Source of the DNA: Cereibacter sphaeroides 2.4.1
GTDB lineage: Bacteria; Pseudomonadota; Alphaproteobacteria; Rhodobacterales; Rhodobacteraceae
Assembly: GCF_000012905.2 (NCBI RefSeq)
Contig: NC_007493.2
Location: 1,590,001-1,622,000, forward strand
DNA: 32,000 nt
Direction of reading: 5' to 3'
This document shows positions 8,311-17,653 of this stretch, piece after piece. The notes under the pieces are model-generated. The model was not told the DNA's origin, did no database searches, and was given only the letters and a program-made list of their open reading frames with translations. A program made the position numbers and the translations under genes. Position 1 is the first letter of the stretch. Each line of letters starts with the position of its first letter.

Positions 8311-8988
8311 ATGAGCATGAGGATGGGCGGCACCGGCGTGGGACAGACCGGCGGCGGGCGGACGGGGGTCGATCCGGCGTCGCTCGCGCTGCTGCGCAGT
8401 TACTGGCACGAGCTGCGCCTGCGCGCCGAGGGCGAGCTGCCGCGTCGGGGAGACATCGATCCGCGCCGCATAGAGGAGGCGCTGAGCTGCGCCTTCCTCG
8501 CCGAGCGGATCGCGCCCGGCATGGCGCGCTTCCGCCTCGCCGGGATGCATCTGGCCGACCTCATGGGCATCGATGTGCGCGGCATCCCGATCTCGACCCT
8601 GTTCGACGTGGACTCGCGCGAACGTCTGGCGAGCGTCGTGGCGCGCGTTCTGACCGGGCCGGGCGTGGGCGAGGTCTGGCTCGGGTCGCCCGCCTCGCTC
8701 GGTCGCGCCGCGCTGACCGGGCGGCTCCTGCTGCTGCCGCTGCGGCCGGAAGGAAGCCAGCCGCTGATCTTCGGCTGCCTCGTGACCGATGGTGCCATCG
8801 GCCGCGCGCCGCGGCGGCTCACGATCCTGCGCTCGGCCGTGGACATGGTCGATGCCCAGCCCGCCGAACGGCCGGGCCCGCGCCTGCGCCTGCGCCTGCC
8901 CGATTTCGGCGCGGCCGGGCTCGAACCGCCGCCGCCGCCGCCGCGCGCCGCCCCGGGGCGCAAGCATCTCCGGCTGGTCAAGGGCTGA
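8311..8988 (+). CDS. PAS_5-type (PF07310-like) PAS domain protein with a Pro/Arg-rich tail
   Basis: LLRSYWHELRLRAEGELPRRGDIDPRRIEEALSCAFLAERIAPGMARFRLAG matches my recollection of the alphaproteobacterial PAS_5 family. The ATG at 8311 is preferred because GGGAGG lies 6 nt upstream; the ORF opens at 8266. Confidence 0.6.
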   Translation: MSMRMGGTGVGQTGGGRTGVDPASLALLRSYWHELRLRAEGELPRRGDIDPRRIEEALSCAFLAERIAPGMARFRLAGMHLADLMGIDVRGIPISTLFDVDSRERLASVVARVLTGPGVGEVWLGSPASLGRAALTGRLLLLPLRPEGSQPLIFGCLVTDGAIGRAPRRLTILRSAVDMVDAQPAERPGPRLRLRLPDFGAAGLEPPPPPPRAAPGRKHLRLVKG

Positions 8989-9015
8989 CCGCAACGCCCA
9001 AGTCCTGCCGGACGA

Positions 9016-9041
9016 AAAAGCCGCCCCGGAGGGCGGCTTTT
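9016..9041. terminator. Bidirectional intrinsic terminator between the convergent PAS_5 and DAHP synthase genes
   Basis: aaaagccgccc cgga gggcggctttt: an 11-bp perfect stem (7 GC pairs flanked by A/T runs) with a 4-nt loop. U-tracts are available on both strands. Confidence 0.7.
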
Positions 9042-9081
9042 CCTGCATATCAATAGCTTGCAGCCAAAAGCTGAAGCGGTG

Positions 9082-10452
9082 TCAGAGGGCCACGCGCCGC
9101 GCCGCTTCCCGCATCGTCGTCAGCTCCTCGGCCACGAGGAAGGCCAGCTCCAGCGACTGCGAGGCGTTGAGGCGCGGATCGCAGGCGGTGTGGTAGCGGT
9201 TGGACAGATCCTCGTCCGTCACCGCGCGCAGGCCGCCGGTGCATTCCGTCACATCCTGCCCCGTCATCTCGAAATGCACGCCGCCGGGGATCGAGCCCTC
9301 GGCCTTGTGGATCGAGAAGAACTCGCGCACCTCGCGCAGCACGGAATCGAACGGGCGGGTCTTGTAGCCCGAAGCCGCCTTGATCGTGTTGCCGTGCATC
9401 GGGTCGCAGCACCAGGTCACCTTGGCCCCTTCCTCGCGGACGGCCCGGATCAGACGCGGCAGGTGCTCTCCCACCTTGCCCGCGCCGAAGCGCGCGATCA
9501 GCGTGAGCCGCCCGGCCTCGTTCTGCGGGTTGAGCTTGGCCATCAGCACCTTGAGATCCTCGACCGTGGTCGAGGGGCCGCATTTCAGCCCGATCGGGTT
9601 CAGCACGCCGCGGCAGAATTCGACATGCGCGCCGTCGATCTGACGGGTGCGGTCGCCGATCCAGATCATGTGGCCCGAGCCCGCGACGGGCTGGCCGGTG
9701 ATCGAGTCGATGCGGCAGAGCGCCTCCTCATATTCGAGCAGAAGCGCCTCGTGCGAGGTGTAGAAATCCACCGTCGAGAGATTGTGCGAGGTCGAGCCGT
9801 TCACGCCCGCGGCCGACATGAAGTCGAGCGCGTCCGAGATCCGGTTCGAGATGTCGCGGTAGCGCTCTGCCTTGTCCTGCTCGCAGAAGCCCAGCGTCCA
9901 GGAATGCACGCGGTGGATATCCGCGAAGCCGCCGGTCGAGAAGGCGCGCAGCAGGTTGAGCGAGGCCGCTGCCTGGGTATAGGCCTGCAGCATCCGCTGC
10001 GGATCGGGGATGCGCGCCTCGGGGCTCGGGTCGAAGCCGTTGATGATGTCGCCCCGGTAGGAGGGCAGCTCCATCCCGTTGATGACCTCGGTCGGCGCCG
10101 ACCGCGGCTTGGCGAACTGGCCGGCCATGCGGCCCACCTTCACCACCGGCACTTTCGCGCCGTAGGTCAGCACGATGGCCATCTGCAACAGCACACGGAA
10201 CGTGTCGCGGATGTTGTCGGCGGAGAATTCCGAGAAGCTCTCGGCGCAGTCGCCGCCCTGCAGCAGGAACGCACGTCCCTCGGCCGCTTCCGCCAGCGCC
10301 GCCTTCAGCTTGCGGGCTTCGCCAGCAAAGACGAGCGGGGGATATTTCGCAAGCTGCCCCTCCACCGCCTTGACGGCAGCGGCGTCCGGGTAATCGGGCA
10401 TCTGGATGCGCGGTTTGGCGCGCCAGTCGGTCTTGGTCCAGCCCCTGGTCAT
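9082..10452 (-). CDS. 3-deoxy-7-phosphoheptulonate (DAHP) synthase, class II
   Basis: 456 aa from [23 protein letters not shown]...[11 protein letters not shown]...[14 protein letters not shown]...[10 protein letters not shown], which are class II (plant/actinobacterial-type) signatures. The ATG at 10452 has SD ggagga. The 820-aa ORF in the track is an artefactual upstream extension. Confidence 0.9.
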   Translation of the reverse strand: MTRGWTKTDWRAKPRIQMPDYPDAAAVKAVEGQLAKYPPLVFAGEARKLKAALAEAAEGRAFLLQGGDCAESFSEFSADNIRDTFRVLLQMAIVLTYGAKVPVVKVGRMAGQFAKPRSAPTEVINGMELPSYRGDIINGFDPSPEARIPDPQRMLQAYTQAAASLNLLRAFSTGGFADIHRVHSWTLGFCEQDKAERYRDISNRISDALDFMSAAGVNGSTSHNLSTVDFYTSHEALLLEYEEALCRIDSITGQPVAGSGHMIWIGDRTRQIDGAHVEFCRGVLNPIGLKCGPSTTVEDLKVLMAKLNPQNEAGRLTLIARFGAGKVGEHLPRLIRAVREEGAKVTWCCDPMHGNTIKAASGYKTRPFDSVLREVREFFSIHKAEGSIPGGVHFEMTGQDVTECTGGLRAVTDEDLSNRYHTACDPRLNASQSLELAFLVAEELTTMREAARRVAL

Positions 10453-10547
10453 CACGGGTCCTCCGGCAGCTTTCGGTCTGGGGCGCGATATACGGAAAGC
10501 GACCGCCCTTGGGAAGCGGAATTGGTCGAAGTTGCACCTTGAAGGGT

Positions 10548-10578
10548 GTTTCAAATCCTGTTTCACAGGACTGCAAAC
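10548..10578. promoter_or_regulatory. 31-nt imperfect palindrome (core TCCTGT-ttc-ACAGGA) in the divergent DAHP synthase / glxA-like intergenic region
   Basis: gtttcaaatcctgtttcacaggactgcaaac: 11 of 14 positions pair. The core at 10556-10570 is perfect. It ends 19 nt before the regulator start codon. Confidence 0.3.
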
Positions 10579-10596
10579 GACGCACAAGGTCGCAAC

Positions 10597-11610
10597 ATGA
10601 CCATCTCTCCCGCCAAGGCCGCCGCCCCCGACAAGGCCCGCCGGCCCCGACGCTTCGTCTTCCTGCTGCTCGACCGTTTCACGATGATCTCCTTCGCGGG
10701 CGCCATCGAGCCTTTGCGGATCGCGAACCGGGTCGCGGGACGGCCGCTCTATGCCTGGGCGCTGGCCGGCGAGAACGGGACCGAGGCGGTCTGCTCGAAC
10801 GGCGCGGCCTTCCGGCTCGACATGGGCCTCGAGGAGATCGACCGCGAGGATGTGCTTCTGGTCTGCGGCGGGATCGACGTGCAGAAGGCCACCACCCGGC
10901 CGGTGGTGAACTGGCTCCGGCGCGAGGCGCGGCGGGGCGTCACGATCGGCGGGCTCTGCACCGGGGCCTATGCGCTGGCCAAGGCGGGGCTTCTCGACGG
11001 CAAGAAGGCCACCATCCACTGGGAGAACCAGGACGGCTTCACCGAGGAATTCGAGGAGGTGCGGCTGACGAAATCCGTCTTCGTGATGGACGGCAACCGG
11101 CTGACCACTGCGGGCGGCACGGCCTCGATCGACATGATGCTGAAGATCATCGCCCGCGATCAGGGCGACGACATCGCCAACACCGTGGCCGACCAGCTGA
11201 TCTATTCCTCGATCCGCACCGATCAGGACACGCAGCGCCTCTCGATCCCGACCCGGATCGGCGTGCGGCACCCGAAGCTCTCCGAGGTGATCCGCAAGAT
11301 GGAGGCCAATATCGAGGATCCGATCAGCCCCGCCGATCTGGCCGAGGAGGTGGGCATGTCGACCCGCCAGCTCGAGCGGCTGTTCCGCCGCTACCTCAAT
11401 CGCTCGCCCAAGCGCTACTACATGGAACTGCGGCTGCAGAAGGCGCGCAACCTGCTGATGCAGACCGACATGAGCGTCATCAACGTGGCGCTGGCCTGCG
11501 GCTTCGCGAGCCCGTCGCATTTCTCGAAATGCTACCGCGCCCATTACGCGACCACCCCCTACCGCGAGCGCGGCACGCAGAGCGCGCCCGGGGCGGTCGA
11601 GGAGGAGTGA
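10597..11610 (+). CDS. GlxA-family transcriptional regulator (DJ-1/PfpI-like GATase1 domain + AraC-type HTH)
   Basis: 337 aa. [26 protein letters not shown]...[24 protein letters not shown] (DJ-1/PfpI-like), and a C-terminal AraC HTH ([14 protein letters not shown]...[21 protein letters not shown]). Confidence 0.85.
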   Translation: MTISPAKAAAPDKARRPRRFVFLLLDRFTMISFAGAIEPLRIANRVAGRPLYAWALAGENGTEAVCSNGAAFRLDMGLEEIDREDVLLVCGGIDVQKATTRPVVNWLRREARRGVTIGGLCTGAYALAKAGLLDGKKATIHWENQDGFTEEFEEVRLTKSVFVMDGNRLTTAGGTASIDMMLKIIARDQGDDIANTVADQLIYSSIRTDQDTQRLSIPTRIGVRHPKLSEVIRKMEANIEDPISPADLAEEVGMSTRQLERLFRRYLNRSPKRYYMELRLQKARNLLMQTDMSVINVALACGFASPSHFSKCYRAHYATTPYRERGTQSAPGAVEEE

Positions 11611-11787
11611 GCGATGCGGCGGACCCTCTGCCCGGGCAGGCGGAGCGGCTTCCGGCGAGCGGCATGGACGAGGCCGCAGCGGTGGCGATCTTCGTGCGGC
11701 ACCTGCACCTCAGATGCTCCCTTTTCTTTTGAACCGGGGCAAAATAGGGTCTGCGGCAGGATCTCGATCCAACCAGGGAGTTCTACA

Positions 11788-12972
11788 ATGAAAAAGCTGC
11801 TTCTGGCCGGCACGGCCACCCTCGCACTGACCGGTGCCGCCTCGGCAGAAGATGTCAAGATGGGCATCATCCTCGGCTTCACCGGGCCGCTCGAATCGAT
11901 CACGCCGAACATGGCCTCGGGCGCGGAGCTCGCGGTCAACGAGGTGAATGAAGCGGGCACGCTGCTCGAGGGTTCCAAGGTGACGGTGGTGCGCGCCGAC
12001 TCGACCTGCGTCGATGCGGCGGCGGCGACGGCTGCGGCCGAACGTCTCGTCACCTCGGACAAGGTGCAGGGCATCATGGGCGCCGACTGCTCGGGCGTCA
12101 CCGGCGCCGTGCTCCAGAACGTCGCGCGCCCGAACGGCGTCGTGATGATCTCGCCCTCGGCCACCTCGCCCGCCCTGTCGGAGGCCGAGGACGACGGGCT
12201 GTTCTTCCGCACCGCCCCCTCCGACGCCCGTCAGGGCGAAGTGATCGCCGAGATCCTGAAGGAGCGCGACATCGGCTCGGTCGCGATCACCTACACCAAC
12301 AACGACTACGGCAAGGGCCTCGCGGATTCGATCCAGCAGGCCTTCGAGAAGGCCGGCGGCAAGGTCACGATCTCGGCCGCGCATGAAGACGGCAAGGCGG
12401 ACTATTCGGCCGAAGTGGCGGCGCTCGCGGCGGCCGGCGGCGACATGCTGGTCGTGGCGGGCTATGTCGATCAGGGCGGCAAGGGCGTGATCCAGGCGGC
12501 CCTCGACACCGGCGCCTTCGAGACCTTCTTCCTGCCCGACGGCATGTATGGCGATGCGCTGGTCGAGGCGATCGGATCGCCGCTCGACGGCTCGTTCGGC
12601 ACCGTGCCCGGCACCGACAGCGAGGGTGCGACGAAGATTCTCGATATGGCCAAGGAAGCGGGCTTCGACGGCACCTCCTCCTATGTGGGCGAGAGCTACG
12701 ACGCGGCGTCGCTGATCCTGCTCGCGATGCAGGCGGCGGGGTCCGCGGCCCCGGCCGACTACAAGTCGAAGATCGAGGAAGTGGCGAACGCGCCTGGAGA
12801 AAAGATCTATCCCGGCGATCTCGCCAAGGCGATCGAGCTGCTGAAGGCCGGCACCGACATCGACTATGTGGGCGCCACCAACGTCGAGCTGATCGGCCCC
12901 GGCGAGAGCGCGGGCAGCTTCCGGGAATATACCGTGAAGGACGGCAAGTTCGAAACGGACCGCTTCCGCTAA
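11788..12972 (+). CDS. ABC transporter substrate-binding protein, Leu/Ile/Val-binding (LivK/Peripla_BP_6) family
   Basis: 394 aa. Signal peptide MKKLLLAGTATLALTGAASA, then EDVKMGIILGFTGPLES...AELAVNEVN. SD gggag 7 nt upstream of the ATG at 11788. Confidence 0.85.
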   Translation: MKKLLLAGTATLALTGAASAEDVKMGIILGFTGPLESITPNMASGAELAVNEVNEAGTLLEGSKVTVVRADSTCVDAAAATAAAERLVTSDKVQGIMGADCSGVTGAVLQNVARPNGVVMISPSATSPALSEAEDDGLFFRTAPSDARQGEVIAEILKERDIGSVAITYTNNDYGKGLADSIQQAFEKAGGKVTISAAHEDGKADYSAEVAALAAAGGDMLVVAGYVDQGGKGVIQAALDTGAFETFFLPDGMYGDALVEAIGSPLDGSFGTVPGTDSEGATKILDMAKEAGFDGTSSYVGESYDAASLILLAMQAAGSAAPADYKSKIEEVANAPGEKIYPGDLAKAIELLKAGTDIDYVGATNVELIGPGESAGSFREYTVKDGKFETDRFR

Positions 12973-13100
12973 GACAGGCAAGCGTATAAGGACCGGCACG
13001 GCCCGGGGCGCGCATCTGTGTGCCTTGGGCCGTTGCCATTCCAAGAACAAGGCCCGGCGCCCATGCGGGAGGGTGCGAAACGGCGGGCAAAGGGGAAAGA

Positions 13101-13883
13101 ATGATAGCAGTCGAAAACCTGCACAGGCACTTCGGCGGTTTCCGGGCCGTGGATGGCGCATCGCTGCAGATCGCCACCGGCTCGATCACCGGGCTGATCG
13201 GACCGAACGGGGCGGGAAAGACCACGCTGTTCAACGTGATCGCGGGGCGGCTGCCGCCGACCTCGGGACGGGTCACGATGGACGGCGAGGAGATCACCGG
13301 CCTGCCGCCGCACGCGCTCTTTCACAAGGGACTGTTGCGCACCTTCCAGATCGCGCACGAGTTCGGCTCGATGAGCGTACGGGAAAATCTCATGATGGTT
13401 CCGGCCCGCCAGTCCGGCGAGACGTTGTGGAACGCCTGGTTCCGCCGCGGCGCGGTGGCGGCCGAGGAGCGGCGGCTGCGCGACAAGGCCGACGAGGTGC
13501 TGGAGTTCCTGACGATCTCGCATCTCGCCGACGAGAAGGCCTCGAACATCTCGGGCGGGCAGAAGAAGCTTCTCGAGCTCGGGCGCACCATGATGGTGGA
13601 TGCCAAGATCGTCTTCCTCGATGAGGTGGGCGCCGGCGTGAACCGGACGCTTCTGAACACGATCGGCGATGCCATCGTGCGGCTGAACGAGGAGCGCGGC
13701 TATACGTTCTGCGTCATCGAGCACGACATGGATTTCATCGCCCGCCTCTGCAACCCGGTCATCTGCATGGCCGAGGGCAAGGTGCTGGCGGAAGGAACTG
13801 TCGAGGAAGTGAAGAACGACGAGCGGGTGATCGAGGCCTATCTCGGCACCGGCCTCAAGAACAAGGTGGTGGGTCATGCGTGA
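13101..13883 (+). CDS. livG: Branched-chain amino acid-type ABC transporter ATP-binding protein (LivG-like)
   Basis: 260 aa. Walker A GPNGAGKTT, signature SGGQKKLLE, Walker B IVFLDE, and the LivG-type C-terminal ERVIEAYLG. Confidence 0.9.
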   Translation: MIAVENLHRHFGGFRAVDGASLQIATGSITGLIGPNGAGKTTLFNVIAGRLPPTSGRVTMDGEEITGLPPHALFHKGLLRTFQIAHEFGSMSVRENLMMVPARQSGETLWNAWFRRGAVAAEERRLRDKADEVLEFLTISHLADEKASNISGGQKKLLELGRTMMVDAKIVFLDEVGAGVNRTLLNTIGDAIVRLNEERGYTFCVIEHDMDFIARLCNPVICMAEGKVLAEGTVEEVKNDERVIEAYLGTGLKNKVVGHA

Positions 13884-13975
13884 GACCTCCGGCGCCGTGC
13901 GGGAGGCCGCCGTGGGAGCCTCCGGCGGGGATATTTGGACCAGCGTGAAAGGGCAATTGCCTCTGGGAGGCTGCC

Positions 13976-14686
13976 GTGGCTGAGCCTTTCCTGATCGGCG
14001 AGAGCATGACGGGCGGCTATGGCGCCGCCGACATCCTGCACGGCTGCACGCTGGCCGTGGAGAAGGGCCAGATCGCGGTGATCGTGGGCCCGAACGGCGC
14101 GGGCAAGTCGACGGCCATGAAGGCGGTCTTCGGGATGCTGCGCCTGCGGGCCGGCCATGTGAAGCTGGAGGGCGAGGACATCACCGCCCTGACGCCGCAG
14201 GCGCGCGTGGCCAAGGGCATGGCCTTCGTGCCCCAGACCCACAACATCTTCACCTCGATGACGGTGGAGGAGAACCTCGAGATGGGCGCCTTCCTGCGGC
14301 GCGACGACATCCGGGGCACGATGGAGCAGGTCTACGAGCTGTTCCCGATCCTGAAGGACAAGCGCCGGCAGGCGGCGGGCGAGCTGTCGGGCGGGCAGCG
14401 CCAGCAGGTGGCGGTGGGCCGCGCGCTGATGACCCAGCCCAAGGTGCTGATGCTGGACGAGCCGACGGCCGGCGTCTCTCCGATCGTGATGGACGAGCTG
14501 TTCGACCGGATCATCGAGGTGGCGCGCACCGGCATCTCGATCCTGATGGTCGAGCAGAATGCCCGGCAGGCGCTGATGATCGCCGACAAGGGCTATGTCC
14601 TCGTGCAGGGCGCCAACCGCTTCACCGACACGGGGCCCGCGCTGATGGCCGACCCCGAGGTGCGCCGTTCCTTCCTCGGGGGTTGA
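13976..14686 (+). CDS. livF: Branched-chain amino acid-type ABC transporter ATP-binding protein (LivF-like)
   Basis: 236 aa. GTG start 5 nt after GGGAGG. Walker A GPNGAGKST, signature SGGQRQQVAV, Walker B LMLDEP, C-terminal VRRSFLGG. Confidence 0.9.
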   Translation: MAEPFLIGESMTGGYGAADILHGCTLAVEKGQIAVIVGPNGAGKSTAMKAVFGMLRLRAGHVKLEGEDITALTPQARVAKGMAFVPQTHNIFTSMTVEENLEMGAFLRRDDIRGTMEQVYELFPILKDKRRQAAGELSGGQRQQVAVGRALMTQPKVLMLDEPTAGVSPIVMDELFDRIIEVARTGISILMVEQNARQALMIADKGYVLVQGANRFTDTGPALMADPEVRRSFLGG

Positions 14687-14689
14687 GAG

Positions 14690-15700
14690 ATGGATATCCT
14701 GAACGCCCTCGTGGCATTCCTCAATTTCGTCTTCGTGCCGGGTCTGGCCTACGGGGCGCAGCTGGCGCTCGGGGCGCTCGGCGTCACGCTGATCTACGGG
14801 ATCCTGCGCTTCTCGAACTTCGCCCACGGCGACACAATGGCCTTCGGCACAATGGTGACGATCCTCGGCACCTGGGGGCTGCAGGCGGCGGGGGTGACGG
14901 CGGGACCGCTGCCCACCGCCCTTCTCGCCCTGCCCCTGGGCATCGCGGTGACGGCGGCGCTGGTGCTGGCGACCGACCGCGCGGTCTACCGCTTCTACCG
15001 GCGGCAGAAGGCGGCGCCGACCATCCTCGTCATCGTCTCGCTGGGCGTCATGTTCGTGATGAACGGGATCGTCCGCTTCATCATTGGCGTGGAGGAGATC
15101 GGCTTCGCCGACGGCGAGCGGTTCCTGATCACTGCCGGCGATTTCCGCAAGATGACGGGGCTTTCGGAGGGACTCGCCATCAAGACCACGCAGGCGATCA
15201 CGGTGGTGACGGCGCTGATCGTGGTGGCGGCGCTGTTCTGGTTCCTGAACCGCACCCGCACCGGCAAGTCGATGCGCGCCTTCTCGGACAATGAGGATCT
15301 GGCGCTGCTCTCGGGCATCAACCCCGAGCGGGTGGTGGCCGTGACCTGGATCCTGGCCGCGGCGCTCGCCACCACGGCGGGCGTGCTCTACGGGCTCGAC
15401 AAGAGCTTCAAGGCCTTCACCTACTTCCAGCTCCTGCTGCCGATCTTCGCCGCGGCCATCGTGGGCGGGCTCGGCAGCCCGCTCGGCGCCATTGCGGGCG
15501 GCTTCGTCATCGCCTTCTCGGAAGTGACGGTGACCTATGCCTGGAAGAAGGTTGCGACCTACCTCCTGCCCGACGCGCTGGCCCCCGACGGGCTCGTGCA
15601 GCTCATGTCCACCGACTACAAGTTCGCGGTGAGCTTCACGATCCTCATCATCGTCCTGCTGTTCATGCCCACCGGGCTCTTCAAGGGGAAATCGGTATGA
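14690..15700 (+). CDS. livH: Branched-chain amino acid-type ABC transporter permease (LivH-like)
   Basis: 336 aa, multi-TM. Contains the typical GVTLIYGILRFSNFAHGD and RAFSDNEDLALLSGIN motifs. The stop overlaps the next start (ATGA). Confidence 0.9.
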   Translation: MDILNALVAFLNFVFVPGLAYGAQLALGALGVTLIYGILRFSNFAHGDTMAFGTMVTILGTWGLQAAGVTAGPLPTALLALPLGIAVTAALVLATDRAVYRFYRRQKAAPTILVIVSLGVMFVMNGIVRFIIGVEEIGFADGERFLITAGDFRKMTGLSEGLAIKTTQAITVVTALIVVAALFWFLNRTRTGKSMRAFSDNEDLALLSGINPERVVAVTWILAAALATTAGVLYGLDKSFKAFTYFQLLLPIFAAAIVGGLGSPLGAIAGGFVIAFSEVTVTYAWKKVATYLLPDALAPDGLVQLMSTDYKFAVSFTILIIVLLFMPTGLFKGKSV

Positions 15701-16992
15701 ACCGCACCCTCCTCCTCTTCGCCTTCGTGGCGCTGCTCTTCGTGGGGACGGGCGTCCTGCAGAGCTGGAACTCGGCGCTCGGCATCCTGAACATGGCGCT
15801 GATCTCGGCGATCATGGCGCTCGGGGTGAACATGCAGTGGGGCTACGCGGGCCTCTTCAACGTGGGCGTGATGGGCTTCGTGGCGCTCGGCGGCCTTGCG
15901 GTGGTGGTGACGGCGGCGCAGCCGGTGCCGGGGGCCTTCTCGGCCGGCGGCTGGGGCGTCCTTGCCGCGCTGGCGCTCGGCGCGGCCACGATCGGCGGGG
16001 CCGTGGCGGTCTGGCGGCGGATGGCGAAGGGCTGGGCGCGGACGGTGGCGCTGCTTGCGGTGCTGATCGGCGGCTTCTTCGCCTATCGCGCCATCTTCGA
16101 TCCGGCCGTCGCCGCCATCGAGGCCATCAACCCTGCGCTCTACGGCAATATCGGCGGCCTCGGCCTGCCGGTGCTGCTGGCCTGGCCCGCGGGCGGGCTT
16201 CTCGCGGCCCTCGCCGCCTGGGCCATCGGCAAGACGGCGCTGGGGCTGCGGTCCGACTATCTCGCCATCGCGACGCTCGGGATCGCCGAGATCATCATCG
16301 CCGTGATGAAGAACGAGGACTGGCTGGCGCGCGGGGTCAAGAACATGATCTCGCTGCCCCGCCCCGTGCCCTATGAGGTGGATCTCCAGCAGAGCGCCGG
16401 CTTCGTGGCCTGGGCGCAGGGCTGGGGCTACGATCCCGTCACCGCTTCGGCCATCGTGGTAAAGCTCTGCTATGCGGCCCTGTTCGTGGCGGTGCTCGCG
16501 ATCATCGTGACGCTCTCGGAGCTCGCGCTGAGATCGCCGTGGGGCCGGATGATGCGGGCGATCCGCGACAACGAGGTGGCGGCCGAAGCCATGGGCAAGG
16601 ATGTGACCCGCCGGCATCTGCAGATCTTCGTCCTCGGCGCGGCGGTCATCGGCATCGCGGGGGCGATGATGACCACGCTCGACAGCCAGCTCACGCCCGG
16701 AACCTACAATCCGCTGCGCTTCACCTTCCTCGTCTGGGTGATGGTGATCGTGGGCGGGTCGGGCTCGAACTGGGGCGCCGTGCTGGGCGGCTTCCTCATC
16801 TGGTGGCTCTGGGTCATGGTCGAGCCGATCGGGCTGTCTCTCCTCGGAGCGATCACCGCCGGGATGGCCGATGGCTCGTGGCTGAAGGCCCATCTGCAGG
16901 ATTCCGCGGCGCATATGCGGCTCCTGACCATGGGGCTGATCCTGCTTCTCGTGCTGCGCTTCTCGCCGCGCGGGCTTATCCCAGGGCGCTGA
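15697..16992 (+). CDS. livM: Branched-chain amino acid-type ABC transporter permease (LivM-like, long form)
   Basis: 431 aa, multi-TM. GVNMQWGYAGLFNVG...LRSDYLAIATLGIAEII...MRAIRDNEVAAEAMGKDV are typical of LivM. Confidence 0.9.
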   Translation: MNRTLLLFAFVALLFVGTGVLQSWNSALGILNMALISAIMALGVNMQWGYAGLFNVGVMGFVALGGLAVVVTAAQPVPGAFSAGGWGVLAALALGAATIGGAVAVWRRMAKGWARTVALLAVLIGGFFAYRAIFDPAVAAIEAINPALYGNIGGLGLPVLLAWPAGGLLAALAAWAIGKTALGLRSDYLAIATLGIAEIIIAVMKNEDWLARGVKNMISLPRPVPYEVDLQQSAGFVAWAQGWGYDPVTASAIVVKLCYAALFVAVLAIIVTLSELALRSPWGRMMRAIRDNEVAAEAMGKDVTRRHLQIFVLGAAVIGIAGAMMTTLDSQLTPGTYNPLRFTFLVWVMVIVGGSGSNWGAVLGGFLIWWLWVMVEPIGLSLLGAITAGMADGSWLKAHLQDSAAHMRLLTMGLILLLVLRFSPRGLIPGR

Positions 16993-16996
16993 GACG

Positions 16997-17596
16997 GTGC
17001 CGCCCGCGCCGGTGTTTCTGCTGCTGGCGGCCGGGGCGTCCCGCAGGATGCGGGGCGCGGACAAGCTGATGGAGCCGGTGGCGGGCGAGCCCCTCCTCCG
17101 GCTTCAGGCCCGCCGGGGGATCGCGGCGGGGCTTGCCGTCCTCGTGACCCTGCCGCCGGACAGGCCGGAGCGGTGGGCGGCGCTCGAGGGGCTCGCGGTG
17201 CAGCGCCTGCCGGTGCCCGACGCGGCAGAGGGGCTTGCCGCTTCGATCCGCGCCGGCGTGGCGGCGGCACCGCCGGATGCGGCGGTCCTCCTCCTCCTCG
17301 CGGACCTGCCCGAGATCGAGGCTACCGACCTTGCCCAAATGGCCGCGCTGCACCGTGAAGCGCCGAAGGCCCTCCTGCGCGCCACAACCGCCGACGGGCG
17401 GCCGGGCCATCCCATCCTCTTTCCTGCCGACCTGCGCCCCGAGCTTCAGGCGCTAAAGGGCGATCAGGGTGCGCGGCGCATCCTCGAGCGCGCGGCCGGG
17501 CGGCTTCGCCTCGTTCCGCTCGCGGGCACGCGGGCTGTCACCGATCTCGATACGCCCGAGGACTGGGCGCTCTGGCGGGCCCGCACCGGCCACTGA
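16997..17596 (+). CDS. MobA-like NTP transferase domain protein (MocA / molybdenum-cofactor cytidylyltransferase-like)
   Basis: 199 aa. GTG start 4 nt after the livM stop. N-terminal LLLAAGASRRMRGADKL nucleotide-binding motif, plus LLADLPEI and GHPILFP. Confidence 0.75.
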   Translation: MPPAPVFLLLAAGASRRMRGADKLMEPVAGEPLLRLQARRGIAAGLAVLVTLPPDRPERWAALEGLAVQRLPVPDAAEGLAASIRAGVAAAPPDAAVLLLLADLPEIEATDLAQMAALHREAPKALLRATTADGRPGHPILFPADLRPELQALKGDQGARRILERAAGRLRLVPLAGTRAVTDLDTPEDWALWRARTGH

Positions 17597-17653
17597 GCCA
17601 GCGCGCAATGGGATTTCCGCCCGGACTGGGAAAGCGCCCCCGATGCCCCGCCG

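Noticed and set aside
10453-11544. N-terminal 364-aa extension of the DAHP synthase ORF (track ORF 9082-11544)
   Set aside because: The extension is antisense to the well-supported GlxA-type regulator and has no similarity to DAHP synthases. The ATG at 10452 with GGAGGA gives the expected 456-aa class II enzyme.
12973-13100. Structured element in the 128-nt spacer after the substrate-binding protein gene
   Set aside because: Several short competing inverted repeats exist (GGCAC...GTGCC, CTTGG...CCAAG, GGGCC...GGCCC), but no single convincing hairpin or terminator could be drawn by eye.
11710-17064. Several 300-480-aa minus-strand ORFs (11710-13161, 12365-13297, 12969-13877, 13874-14827, 15616-17064) opposite the ABC transporter genes
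   Set aside because: They are antisense to genes with Walker, signature or permease motifs. The products are Arg/His/Asp/Gly-rich without motifs. Artefacts.
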